Of a stretch of 40,237 nt of DNA, positions 29,751-40,237 are shown piece by piece. Each line of letters begins with the position of its first letter. Position 1 is the stretch's first letter. The stretch lies in NCBI GenBank assembly GCA_002269645.1, contig NIVC01004628.1:1-40237 (forward strand), read 5' to 3'. Both the position numbers and the translations under genes were made by a program. The notes under the pieces are model-generated. The model saw nothing but the letters and a program-made list of their open reading frames with translations, was not told the DNA's origin and searched no databases. Origin of the DNA: Macrostomum lignano (Eukaryota).

Positions 29751-31047
29751 CTCCTCTCCCTCCTCTTTCTCCTCTCCTTCCTCTCCCTCCTCTCCCTCCT
29801 CTCCCTCCTCTCCTTCCTCTCCTTCCTCTCCTTCCTCTCCCTCCTCTCCCTTCTCTCCTTCCTCTTTCTCCTCTTTCTCCTATTCCTCCTCTCCTTCCTC
29901 TCCTTCCTCTCCTTCCTCTCCTTCCTCTCCTTCCTCTCCCTCCTCTCCCTCCTCTCCTTCCTCTCCCTCCTCTCCTTCCTCTCCTTCCTCTCCTTCCTCT
30001 CCTTCCTCTCCTTCCTCTCCTTCCTCTCCTTCCTCTCACTCCTCTCCTTCCTCTCCTTCCTCTTCCTCCTCTCCCTCCTCTTCCTCCTCTCCTTCCTCTC
30101 CCTCCTCTTCCTCCTCTCTTTCCTCTCCTTCCTCTGCCTCCTCTCCTTCCTCTCCTTCCTCTCCTTCCTCTCCTCCTCTCCCTCCTCTCCTTCCTCTCCT
30201 TCCTCTCCCTCCTCTCCCTCCTCTCCTTCCTCTCCTTCCTCTCCCTCCTCTCCCTCCTCTCCTTCCTCTCCTTCCTCTCCCTCCTCTTCCTCCTCTCCTT
30301 CCTCTGCCTCCTCTCCTTCCTCTCCTTCCTCTCCTTCCTCTCCTTCCTCTCCTTCCTCTCCCTCCTCTCCTTCCTCTCCTTCCTCTCCTTCCTCTCCTTC
30401 CTCTCCCTCCTCTCCTTCCTCTCCTTCCTCTCCCTCCTCTCCCTCCTCTTCCTCCTCTCCCTCCTCTCCCTCCTCTCCCTCCTCTTCCTCCTCTCCTCCT
30501 CTCCTTCCTCTCCTTCCTCTCCTTCCTCTCCTTCCTCTCCTTCCTCTCCTTCCTCTCCTTCCTCTCCTTCCTCTCCTTCCTCTCCCTCCTCTCCTTCCTC
30601 TCCTTCCTCTCCCTCCTCTCCCTCCTCTTTCTCCTCTCCTTCCTCTCCCTCCTCTCCCTCCTCTCCCTCCTCTCCTTCCTCTCCTTCCTCTCCTTCCTCT
30701 CCCTCCTCTCCCTTCTCTCCTTCCTCTTTCTCCTCTTTCTCCTATTCCTCCTCTCCTTCCTCTCCTTCCTCTCCCTCCTCTCCCTCCTCTCCTTCCTCTC
30801 CCTCCTCTCCTTCCTCTCCTTCCTCTCCTTCCTCTCCTTCCTCTCCTTCCTCTCCTTCCTCTCCTTCCTCTCACTCCTCTCCTTCCTCTCCTTCCTCTCC
30901 CTCCTCTCCTTCCTCTCCTTCCTCTCCTTCCTCTGCTTCCTCTCCTTCTTCTCACTCCTCTTCCTCCTCTCCCTCCTCTCCCTCCTCTCCCTCCTCTCCC
31001 TCCTCTCCCTCCTCTCCTTCCTCTTTCTCCTCCCCTCCTCTTCTTTC
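29751..31047. repeat. 1.3-kb almost pure polypyrimidine/polypurine tract, (CCTCTCCTT)n-type 9-mer, intronic
   Basis: Plus strand nearly all C/T with only isolated A or G interruptions. Confidence 0.97.
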
Positions 31048-31093
31048 AGGAAGAAAGAGTTAAGGAAGATTGCCTGACCCCCTACACACCCAG

Positions 31094-31233
31094 CTGTAGG
31101 AAGATGTTAAACGCAATGGGGTTCAATGAGCGCCAGCCAGAGGCCGACACGAACGAATTCAGACCCGTGGATAAAATGGCTCTTCTCTGGTGCAACGGAA
31201 CCAACTCAGGAGCCAAGCGGAAGAGTGGCCGGG
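31094..31233 (+). CDS. TTLL10: TTLL10-like exon
   Basis: Acceptor CACCCAG, encodes CRKMLNAMGF...ALLWCNG..., donor G|GTAAGA; phases 2 and 1 match the neighbouring exons. Confidence 0.7.
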
Positions 31234-31514
31234 GTAAGATTAATGTGCCGCTTGCTGACGGGGCTTAAAAATCATGCAATTGGGGTATACATGCCTTTTA
31301 CATTTTAACATGCCTTTAAAGGACACTTCGTACTAGCTTACTGATTGACAGTTAAAAAAAATACTTTTTGCAGACAGGTTGAAGTTTTTACATCTGTTTA
31401 ACAGGTTTTTAAGGGAAATATCAAATAAACAAAAGTATACTGTAAAAGACTACCTCAACAACAAACTATGAGATCATATTCTGTAGTGTTGAGTAGTATC
31501 AGTAGAATATCAAC

Positions 31515-32466
31515 ATCAAGGACCATAATAGTATAACAGGAGGTAAAACTCTAAGGTCGTGTGATTTTTTGGAGGTCAATTTCCTGAAAAATACACTGCG
31601 GAGATAGGAGAAAACTTGGGACAAAATCAATGATTGCATTTGACCTGGGGCAATGAAGATTACCATTCTTTCAATTTAGCATTCACTGCATGTTACTCGG
31701 TTGTATTTTACAACATATGGTTGTGTAGTGAAAGTTTAACTTTCATATTGTTTTCTCGTCGTCTATCCTAGCCTAGCCTAATTCCTAGAACTGTCGAAAA
31801 GCTCCTAAGAGTACCTGCATGCAAAATTTTTATAACACATGACTTTATTCAGGAAGAAACAAAACGCGTTCAGCTAATGTCATGCACTTGTGAGCACTTA
31901 CAACTTTGGGCTTACTAAAGAGAAAGAAGAGAAAAAGATCAAAATGACACATTATACAACGATATTTTTTATTACACCTGCCCCAATTGCGCCAGATGTG
32001 CAACCGACAGCTCAGCCGCAGCTATTGCGCGGCGCATCTGAAAGCTGCGTACGGCTGTTCAGTCCAAGGACTGTGGGGTCGCCACACACAGCCTCAAATA
32101 CTCCAGCTAATGCTGGTACCCATTTTACAGCTGGGTGAACTGAAGCAATGCAGAGTAAAGTGTCTTGCTCAAAGACACAAATTGTTCTAGTGGGATCGGG
32201 AATCGAACCCCCGACTTCCAAGTCGTGAGTCCGACGCTCTGACCACTAGACTACAACTCCCTATTTCTAGCAAGATATTTGCGAGCCCCCAACATGCTTT
32301 GCATGCTAAATTAAAAGACTGCTAATCTTCACTGCCCCAGATCGAATGCAATCATTGATTTCGTTATGAAAAAATATTCCTTCCTATTTCTACAGTGTAT
32401 TTTTTCCCGGAAAAATTTACACGATCCTTGAGTTTCACGTCCTGTTATACTACAGTGGTCCTTGAT
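31515..32466. mobile_element. MITE-like element with ~145-bp imperfect terminal inverted repeats
   Basis: 31515-31660 (ATCAAGGACCA..TAGTATAACAGGA...AATCAATGATTGCATTTGACCTGGGGCAATGAAGA) is the reverse complement of ~32327-32466. Confidence 0.65.
31950..32261 (-). mobile_element. tRNA-derived CORE-type SINE
   Basis: Minus strand: tRNA-like head (A box TAGTCTAGTGG, B box GGTTCGATTCC), then CTTTGAGCAAGACACTTTACTCTGCATTGCTTCAGTTCACCCAGCTGTAAAATGGGTAC, resembling the MIR CORE, then an AT-rich tail. Confidence 0.75.
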
Positions 32467-32690
32467 TTGTAATAGTGGCTCATCCATGATGGCCAACCTC
32501 CAACTGGCCTGATGATGAGCGTGTGCCTGTGTACGTATCCGTGGGAGTGTGCGAGCTCTAGGGATATGTGGAATGGGCCTGTCTCCTTCCTGGCTTCTTG
32601 ATTTGTCCGCATGCAGCGCTCCAAGCACCCTGTAAACTGGCTAACCCATATAGTCATACGTCGTAAGCCCCGCACTGTCGCGCGTCGCAG

Positions 32691-32879
32691 GCTGCCACAT
32701 CGTGAACCGGCTGCATTTTCGCGGCCTCATCGCCAACAAGTGCAGTCTGGCCCGGCTCCTGCGCGAGTTCGAGCTTAACCACCCCGGCCTGGTGCCGACC
32801 GGGCTGCAGGCGGCTACTTTCTATCCCGACACGGTGCACCTCAACGGATCGGGCGCGCTCAGCATTCTGGACTGCATGC
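32691..32879 (+). CDS. TTLL10: TTLL10-like exon
   Basis: Acceptor GTCGCAG, encodes CHIVNRLHFRGLIANKCSLARLL...FYPDT (TTL-family VNHFP/K..L/F.P.T region), donor C|GTGAGA. Confidence 0.85.
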
Positions 32880-33382
32880 GTGAGAGGCTATACATCATTT
32901 TTTGGGGAATTCCTATTGCACCTTTACGACTTTGCTTCTGCTCTTTACTCCCGCTCTTTGTTCCACTCTTTGTACGGCTCCCTGATTCGCTCTTTTTTCC
33001 GCACATTGCAGTTCTTTCCTCCGGTCTGTGAATTTATTGGCAATGCAAAAAAATTGACTGGTTTTTAGGCGTAAATTAAGGATGTCAAAACGGTGCTGAT
33101 TCTCAAAGTGTCTGCCATCATCGCTTTGGGCGGTCGATGTGGTCGGACAGTAGAGATTTCTAGGGTTCAGTTAATGCCCTCTTGGCACCGCTCGGAAACC
33201 CAAACTATTTCTTTTGACAACTAACATACTTTAAGCTACATTTTGAGCCTCAAACTTGCTCGTACATATTTTTGAACCATAGAGCCCGACTAATTGACGT
33301 AGTATAGTAAGCATCCACGGTCAGCTCCAGAAGACAGCAATAATCATAAACCGTATAAACAATCGAGCACACGAAAATCCAG

Positions 33383-34260
33383 GCCGAAACCCCGGCGGCA
33401 TGTTCCTCATGAAGCCCGGTCACGCCGACTGCGGTGAAGGCATCGCACTGCTCCGTTCGCCGTCGCTGGAAGCCGGCCGAAGCCAATCGCTGAACAGCCT
33501 GGCTGCAGTCCTGGAATCTAAGTTCTCTGGCTACGCACACCGCGATCTGATCATGCAGCGCTACGTGCATCCGCCGCTACTACTGGAAGGTCGGAAGTTC
33601 GACCTGCGAGTCTACCTGCTACTGGTGCCGAACCTGCGCAGCGGAATTCGCCGCGGCGTGCACGCCTTCTGCCACCCCGGCTACGTTCGACTGGCCTGCC
33701 GGTCTTACCGGCCTGACAGCGACGACCCGTTGCTGCACCTCACCAATCAGGCCGTGCAGCAGCGGGACCCGTCCTACGACGCTGTTAAGGAAGACACGGT
33801 GTGGACGCCCGACCAGCTCAACGACTACATCAACCAACGATTCAAGGCGCCCTGCACTGACTGGGTACGGCGTCAGCTGTATCCTCGAATCCGCGCGATC
33901 CTGGCTCACGTGGTCTCTCTGGCCAGCAGCTCGCTATGTGATCAGCCAATGTCATTTGAGCTGTTTGGCTGCGACTTCTTAATTGGAGCGGATTTCAACG
34001 TGTGGCTACTCGAGCTCAATTCGGACCCATCATTGAGCACGCACACATCCACATTGAGCAGGATTGTCACTCAGACGGTTGAGGAGAGCATCTGCCTGGC
34101 CGTTGAGGTGCTCCAACGGGCTGCGCGCGGCCAGTCAACTAAGGGACTTGTCGGCCAGCAGGACTTCTGTCGGATTTTTAGTCACACGAACGAGTCGGTA
34201 GCTCGCCGCGTGATGGCCAGAGCTGGGTTGCGGCAGCCGAAGCCTACGGGCGACTGTTGA
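33383..34260 (+). CDS. TTLL10: TTLL10-like terminal exon, TTL catalytic domain (tubulin polyglycylase family)
   Basis: KPGHADCGEGI, QRYVHPPLLLEGRKFDLRVY, HLTNQ, FELFGCDFLI, WLLELNSDP; HLTNQAVQ..DPSY..VKEDTVW..QLN.YI matches recalled TTLL10. Acceptor AAAATCCAG in phase 1. Confidence 0.9.
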
Positions 34261-34822
34261 TTGTGAGTGCAGCGCGTGTTAGATTTACTTAAAACCAACT
34301 AACGTGGATCATCCTTGGCCACCACACGCGCCTCCCGCAATTTTCGCGGGAGATTTCCACGATATAACAATGAACACGCTGCTAACATGCCGAGCGCAAA
34401 ATAGTAATTTTTGGCAACAATTCTTTTAAAGTGCGCTTTCGCGCCTGCTGGGTTCATTTTTATTCGTTTCTTATATTGACCTTCCGCGTCTCCTGCTGCA
34501 CTTGAACTGGAAATTTACGTGGTATTATTTTTGCTGAAGCGAATAAAAGAATTAATTCATGCACTTGCACTTGTAGTAGCGTGGTCAATATATAGAGACC
34601 GGCACAATGTAATTGCGGATAAAAAATTTAATAAAAACTTTCAAATAATTATTTACTTAAAAGCAAACTATAACATAAACTGCGATTGCTTCGGTATCAG
34701 CCTCCGGTTTTCTCATTAATTCAACCACATTCTAGCTAGGAACCACGCATAACAATTAAAACTATAGACAATTTATACTTACTACATGTATAGGTTGTAG
34801 TTTTTGTAGTTTGGTCTGCTAG

Positions 34823-34966
34823 TTCCCGGCGTCCGAGAGGATCTGCTCGACGCCGCGGACTTGCCGTACACTTGGCGTTTTCTGCCTGCTGGCTGACGCC
34901 GGCGCCTCAGATTCGGTCAGTGGCGTGGCCTTTCTTCGCCAACCTGGCCCAGGAGGCCCAGCATAC
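34823..34966 (+). CDS. Possible orphan exon (48 codons)
   Basis: GC-rich island with T-rich acceptor, open phase-0/0 frame, high GC3, weak GTACAT donor; a minus-strand reading is also open. Confidence 0.25.
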
Positions 34967-37900
34967 GTACATGTACCATTACTTTAAAAGACTGACAGCT
35001 TAAATTTGTTAATTTCATTGCCGTGAGTTACTTCTATCCTTGCACAAAATAATTATCATCTTTTTGGCTATGCATCCATGCTACACTGAATTGGAGCTCT
35101 AATATTTCTCATAAAGCAGTTTTTATATTTCTAATACAGTGTGTTCATGTAAACTACAATTGGTACGTACAGTGTACGTATTATAGTTTTGCCACCAGCT
35201 TGTAAGGATGAATTTTCTTACGAGTATTTACAAACATAGCCTGATTAGAATCAAAACAAATTAGAAAATTCACGAACATAAAATACCACGGCCATTAATT
35301 GAGGTTTGGACAGTACAACTGTACAAATTATTATTTTTGGACTGCCATTCGTTATACTAAAAAGAAAAAAATATTTGAGCTAGTAGAAGCCAATTGATTG
35401 TATTCTTTGCCTAAAACTTTAATGTTTTGAATAATTTAGTTTCAATATCTATTTCTTTACCATGACTTTTTAGCCTTTACAGTTTGATTTACTGACTAAA
35501 CCTTTTCATGGAATACTTAATTTCAAAGAAACTGATATGCAAGTGCCGGATTAATCCAATATAATAATTTAGTACAGCCGTTTTCCATTTTATTATACGT
35601 AGTAATAACTATTCCAGTTAGTGTTACTCAGTTCTTTCTAAGAATTTCACTTTTTAGTTTATCATCAAATTTATTTAAGAATCGATCACATTTTTTCATT
35701 TTTCTTAGCTTAGCCACATCCGGCACTTAGGCCAAGTTAGGGGCCTACACTACATCATTACAGTTACAGGACAGCAGCACCAATCGACACGATTAGCCCT
35801 ACCATGAGTGAAGTTAAAATTGCATAAATTATGCCCTGGAGAATATTCCTAGAGTATCATTGTCCTTAACTAATGCTTCATAGTTTTACTTTGTGAAGTC
35901 AATGTCACAAAACAGTTCAGTCAGCTTGTGGTACTGTGTATGTGAAGATAGCAGTGCAAGCAAGCTGAGTGGTGCTGAAGAAACGGTAAATACCTGCCCA
36001 ACTACTTTTTATTTTTTTGCTAAAAATATTGCTTAATTTATTATAATTACTGTAATAACAACAACACTATCATCATTCATCAAATTGATTTGTATTTTGA
36101 TAGTTAATTAGTAAAAAATATATTTTTTTAAATTAAAGGCCTAACAAAAGTCTAGTCAATCAATTTAAAAAAATGGTATGGTGACCAGACAAATAGTGAT
36201 GTGGTTATTTGTCTGGTTATCAAATAAATAGCTGTTTCATTATTTGTCCAATTATTATACTAGACAAATAGCCTATTTGATATTTGTCCATTTAAATGGA
36301 TATTACTACTACTAGGCCTACTACTTATTTTAGTAAATATTTCTAGTTTTAAAAGTTTCTTATTTGTATCTTGATAAATAAAAAATATGTTGTTATACTA
36401 ACTAGTATATGTCTAGTCTACATTTAGTCTAACTGCTTCCTATCTTATACCCATACCCTTGTATGAGGCAAATTAGGAGGTATGAAAATCAAACTGAAAA
36501 ATAAGAAGTTTCAATCATGTAGTCTAGATATAGTTTGGAAGGCAACATATACATTGTGTCAAATGACAATTTTTTTATTTTGATGCATAAACCTTGCATA
36601 TAATTAAGGTCTCATCATTTTTTGGCGTTAAACCTGGCATACATTTATATATAATCCAAACTATGTCATGTAGTCAATGTACAAGTAAAATTTTAAGTGA
36701 GTTAATTGCATTCATAATTTTCATATCTTTCTAATATACTAAAATCCTATCCAATATACTAAAAGTCAAAATTATCTAGTTACCTACCTATCTACCTACC
36801 TATTTATCTATATCTATAGGAACCTTCGTTTAATTTGACTTTGCGTAGTCCAAATTTCGTGGGGTTTTCTACATTTGATATTTATTGATAGTGCACTAGT
36901 ACACAAAATTTTGCTAAGAAATTGCTTCATTTTTTGGGATTAAATATTTGAGAAACTCAATTTTTTGCCCGTTTTTTTAAATATTTGAGAAACTCAATCC
37001 CGTTTTTTAAGTTCAAACAGTTTTTTCCAATTGAGAAGTGTTCTGACTGCCCATGAAATTGTATTGCATCATAACTCAGTGCCAACTATAGCATTGGTTC
37101 TCTACATTCATGTGGAAAGCACAAGCATTGAAAGGTTGCGCAACACCTTCAAGTTATTGAAATTGGAGGGAGAGTTTTGCCATTCAATTAGTCCTAGGAA
37201 TTGCATGGTTGTTAATTTCAATGCATCAACTTGCAGGCCTGTCACTGTAGCTGGCGCTGAATGTACACCTTTTTAATTTCAATGCTTTAAAGCAGGAATG
37301 TTCAATCATTGTTTGCGCTTTGAGTTTTTCACTTTCAGAAAAGAACCTTATATTGCTGGAAAGAGATAGAAATGCTGAGTTCGGGAATATAATTTGTTTT
37401 CTGAGATTTGAAAAATTAAGAGCATAGCATTAAAAAGAAGATTCCTATGAATTTTACTTTATATAAAATTCACATTGTATGCTCTTCCATATCGCAAACC
37501 TTCATTTTATCGCAACTCCCCAATTCAAGCCAGCGCCATTGTATTTAAATTTAGATTGTGTAACCATATTGTTCACTTTAATGTTTGACTTTAATAATTG
37601 AAACTGATATTGCCTGCCTGAGAAATTGATTATGTCATAACTTGCTTCAAGTGATTTCTACTCTATGCTTAGAGTTTTCAGTGTTGAATTATATATGTGC
37701 TACAATTCATGTTATCAAAATGATAAGTTAGCCTAGAGGTGAACAGACTGAACTGCTAATGCAGCAACGTGGGTTCAAATTTTTAGAGAGTAAAAGTTTT
37801 TTTATTAAAAATTTTAACTTAAAAAAATGTCCAGTAAATCAGGTAAAAGAGAAAAGCTATGAGCGTTCATGTAGTATATTCAATTTTTTTTATTAAACTC

Positions 37901-38155
37901 TGAATTTTGAAAAGGATTATTGCACTAGATAAGAAACTAATTATTGTACTAGCTGAGTAAATTTTTTTCACTATCTTGCTTGGGTTACTTTCTATCAGGG
38001 GATGCTTGCTATCGAAAGGATGCTTGCTCTTAGGGCATGCTTGATCAGGTGAGATTGCTAAGATGTCAAGACATACTGGGGAATTATTCAGATATGTAGA
38101 CTTACTGGGGAATTACTGCGATATAAAGGCTTACTGCTGAGATGTCAAAGCTTAA

Positions 38156-39159
38156 CCTTTTCTTGACTAGTCTTCTATGCCAACATATCCGTTCCTGATG
38201 GATGGACCAAAATCGTGCCATAGACATTTTTGCGCTCCACGACGAGACTGATGGCACGGTTTCATGCCAAGCCAGCAAAACGCACCGACTGACGATTATT
38301 TAGTTTATGTTTGCACCACCTTTCGCATAGATAGCACAGCCATTGCAGACTGATATGGACCATTTTTGTGCCATGGCTTTTGTTGAAAGACAAAAATCTT
38401 TTTTTAACAGATAGAGCAGAACATAATTAGGGAATTGTGTATATATTTGATAAAAAGAACATGTGGACTGATGTGAACGTGCATTGATGGACCTGATATA
38501 CCGGTGTTGTAACAGTATTACTGTTCAAGAGTTCGAAGAATGCAATAAAGTGTGTGAAACTAATGAAAGAAATAACAACTAAAAAAACAACCTGCGAACC
38601 ATAATATAAGCTATGCATATTATCCTGAAAAATACAGAAAAAGCTTACAAAAGATTCAGGAACATAAGCATTACAACATCTGGATTCAGCTCTTCATAGT
38701 CGCTCAGAGACTCGTCATCGTAACTATTGGGACTCCGTCGCGTCGTCGGTCTCCCAATCAGACTCAGCGCTCATGATCTCGTAATTTATACTACTCGTTA
38801 CGCTCGTCCAAGAACAATGCTGCTAGCAATACAATGCTATAAAACTTAAACAAAGAACTTAAGCAAGTTTGACTGCACCGGTGGGAACACTGGAACACTA
38901 GGGCTGTGTCTCAAAATCTACTTGGCAAAGACTGCGTGAAAAGTTGCTTCAGTCTGGAAGGGGTTTGTATACAAGCTTAAAAACTTGAGCTAAAAAATTC
39001 TATGGCACGATATTGAACCAAGCCGTCGGGAACGGATGTGTTGGCATAGTAGGCTAGTCAAAAAGGGTTGACTGCTCTAATCCACCGGTCTGAGCCAGGC
39101 GTCAGTCGGGGCGGTTTTGCTGGCTTGGCACGAAATCGTGCCATCAGTCGCATTCGTGG
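38156..39159. mobile_element. TTAA-flanked non-autonomous insertion (piggyBac-like) with two interleaved inverted-repeat pairs
   Basis: TTAA at 38152-38155 and 39160-39163 interrupting a GAGATGTCAAAGCTTAA repeat unit; IR A 38156-38222 / ~39000-39067; IR B 38237-38294 / 39100-39159. Confidence 0.6.
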
Positions 39160-39299
39160 TTAAGGAAAATTTATGAGATGTCAAGTCTTGGCGGGGGAAT
39201 TCCTGAAATTTCAAGTCTTGAGAGCAAATTGCTGAGATGTCAAAGCTTAAGAGAGAATTACTGAGGTCTCAAGGCTTGGGGGGAATTGTTGAGATGACA

Positions 39300-40237
39300 A
39301 GTGTTGGGGGGAATTCTATGGATTGGGGATTCTTTCCATGAGGGCTGCTTCTAATGGATATCTTTAGATAGGTGGTTCATTGAGAAATTCCTTCGATGGG
39401 GGATTCTTTCGATGAAGGGCTCTTTGAATGTGGGGGATTCTTTAGATGAAGGAATCTTTCGATAAAGGGATCCTTTGGATTTGATGGGATTGTTTGGACG
39501 AGGATTCTTTAGATGAGGGGATTCTTTGGCCTAGGATTTTATTGATAGGGTATTATTTGGATGGGAGATTCTTTGGATTCTTTGGATGGAAATTATTTGG
39601 AGTCTGATTCTTTGGATTATTTGGACGGGGTTCTTTAGATGAGGGGACTCTGGCCAATGATTCTTTTGATGGAGGTTTATTTGGATGAGTGAATCTTTGC
39701 ATTATTTTGATTGGGATTTTGTAGATGGGGATTCTTTGGATTGGGATTTCTTTGGAGGGGGATTTTTGAATATGGATGGAGGTCGGGGATTCTTTTGATA
39801 TGGATGGATGGGGTGATTCTTTATATAGGGATGATAGGGGGATTCTTTGGATAGGGATGGATAGGGGGATAGGGATAGATAGGGGGATAGGGATATGATA
39901 GGGGGATTCTTTGGATAGGGATAGATGGGGGGATAGGGATAGAATGGGGGGATTCTTTTGAATGGGATGGATGGGGGGATTCTTTGGATAGGGATGGATG
40001 GGGGATTCTTTGGATAGGGATGGATGGGGGGATTCTTTGGATAGGGATGGATGGGGGGATTCTTTGGATAGGGGATTCTGTCGATGGGGGATTCATTGGA
40101 AGGGAATTCTTCGGATCGGGGATTCTATTGATGGGGGTTCTTTTGGATAGGGATTCCTGCATATAAGATTCTATAGATGGGCAATTATTCAGATAGGAGG
40201 ATTCATTTGAAGGGGGAATTCTTTGGATTGGGGATTC
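39300..40237. repeat. G-rich GGAT/GGGGGATTCTTT minisatellite
   Basis: Degenerate units, becoming a regular 27-mer TCTTTGGATAGGGATGGATGGGGGGAT near 39980-40075. Confidence 0.9.

Larger units (their letters stand above)
36730..40237 (+). mobile_element. Non-autonomous Helitron-like element, copy 4 (3' end beyond window)
   Basis: Duplicated 5' end TCTAATATACTAAAA (36730) and A|TCCAATATACTAAAA (36750); homologous to 2475-2600, 3017-3260 and the GAGATGTCAAGGCTT repeats of copy 2. Confidence 0.65.

Noticed and set aside
29645-31063. 472-aa Leu/Pro/Ser ORF and the antisense Arg/Gly/Glu ORFs (29683-30039, 29741-30955)
   Set aside because: A C/T-only 9-mer repeat cannot contain stops; the repeat register shifts between frames; it lies in a GT-AG intron whose removal restores TTLL10 homology.

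Overview
Animal genomic DNA (spliced genes, TTAGGG tract, AT-rich intergenic DNA, GC-rich exons); the organism cannot be fixed from the sequence. 1-10844: three head-to-tail non-autonomous Helitron-like elements filled with minisatellites. 11617-13199: a two-exon Ly6/uPAR (three-finger) gene. 14710-27320: an intact, very young 12.6-kb Ty3/Gypsy LTR retroelement, the main finding. Its gene order is LTR - [gag fused in-frame through an internal signal peptide to a complete herpes-gB-like class III envelope glycoprotein] - [separate PR-RT-RH-IN pol overlapping by ATGA] - [unknown ORF3, possibly a degenerate RNase H fold] - [antisense small membrane protein with FAST-like features] - LTR. It has TATA...TATA termini and no visible TSD. 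28950-34260: a four-exon TTLL10-like tubulin glycylase gene whose introns hold a 1.3-kb polypyrimidine tract, a MITE and a CORE-SINE. 36730-end: a fourth Helitron-like copy with a TTAA-flanked insertion and G-rich repeats. Most short ORFs in the supplied track are artefacts of repeats or antisense shadows. All family assignments come from motif recognition by eye; no database search was run.
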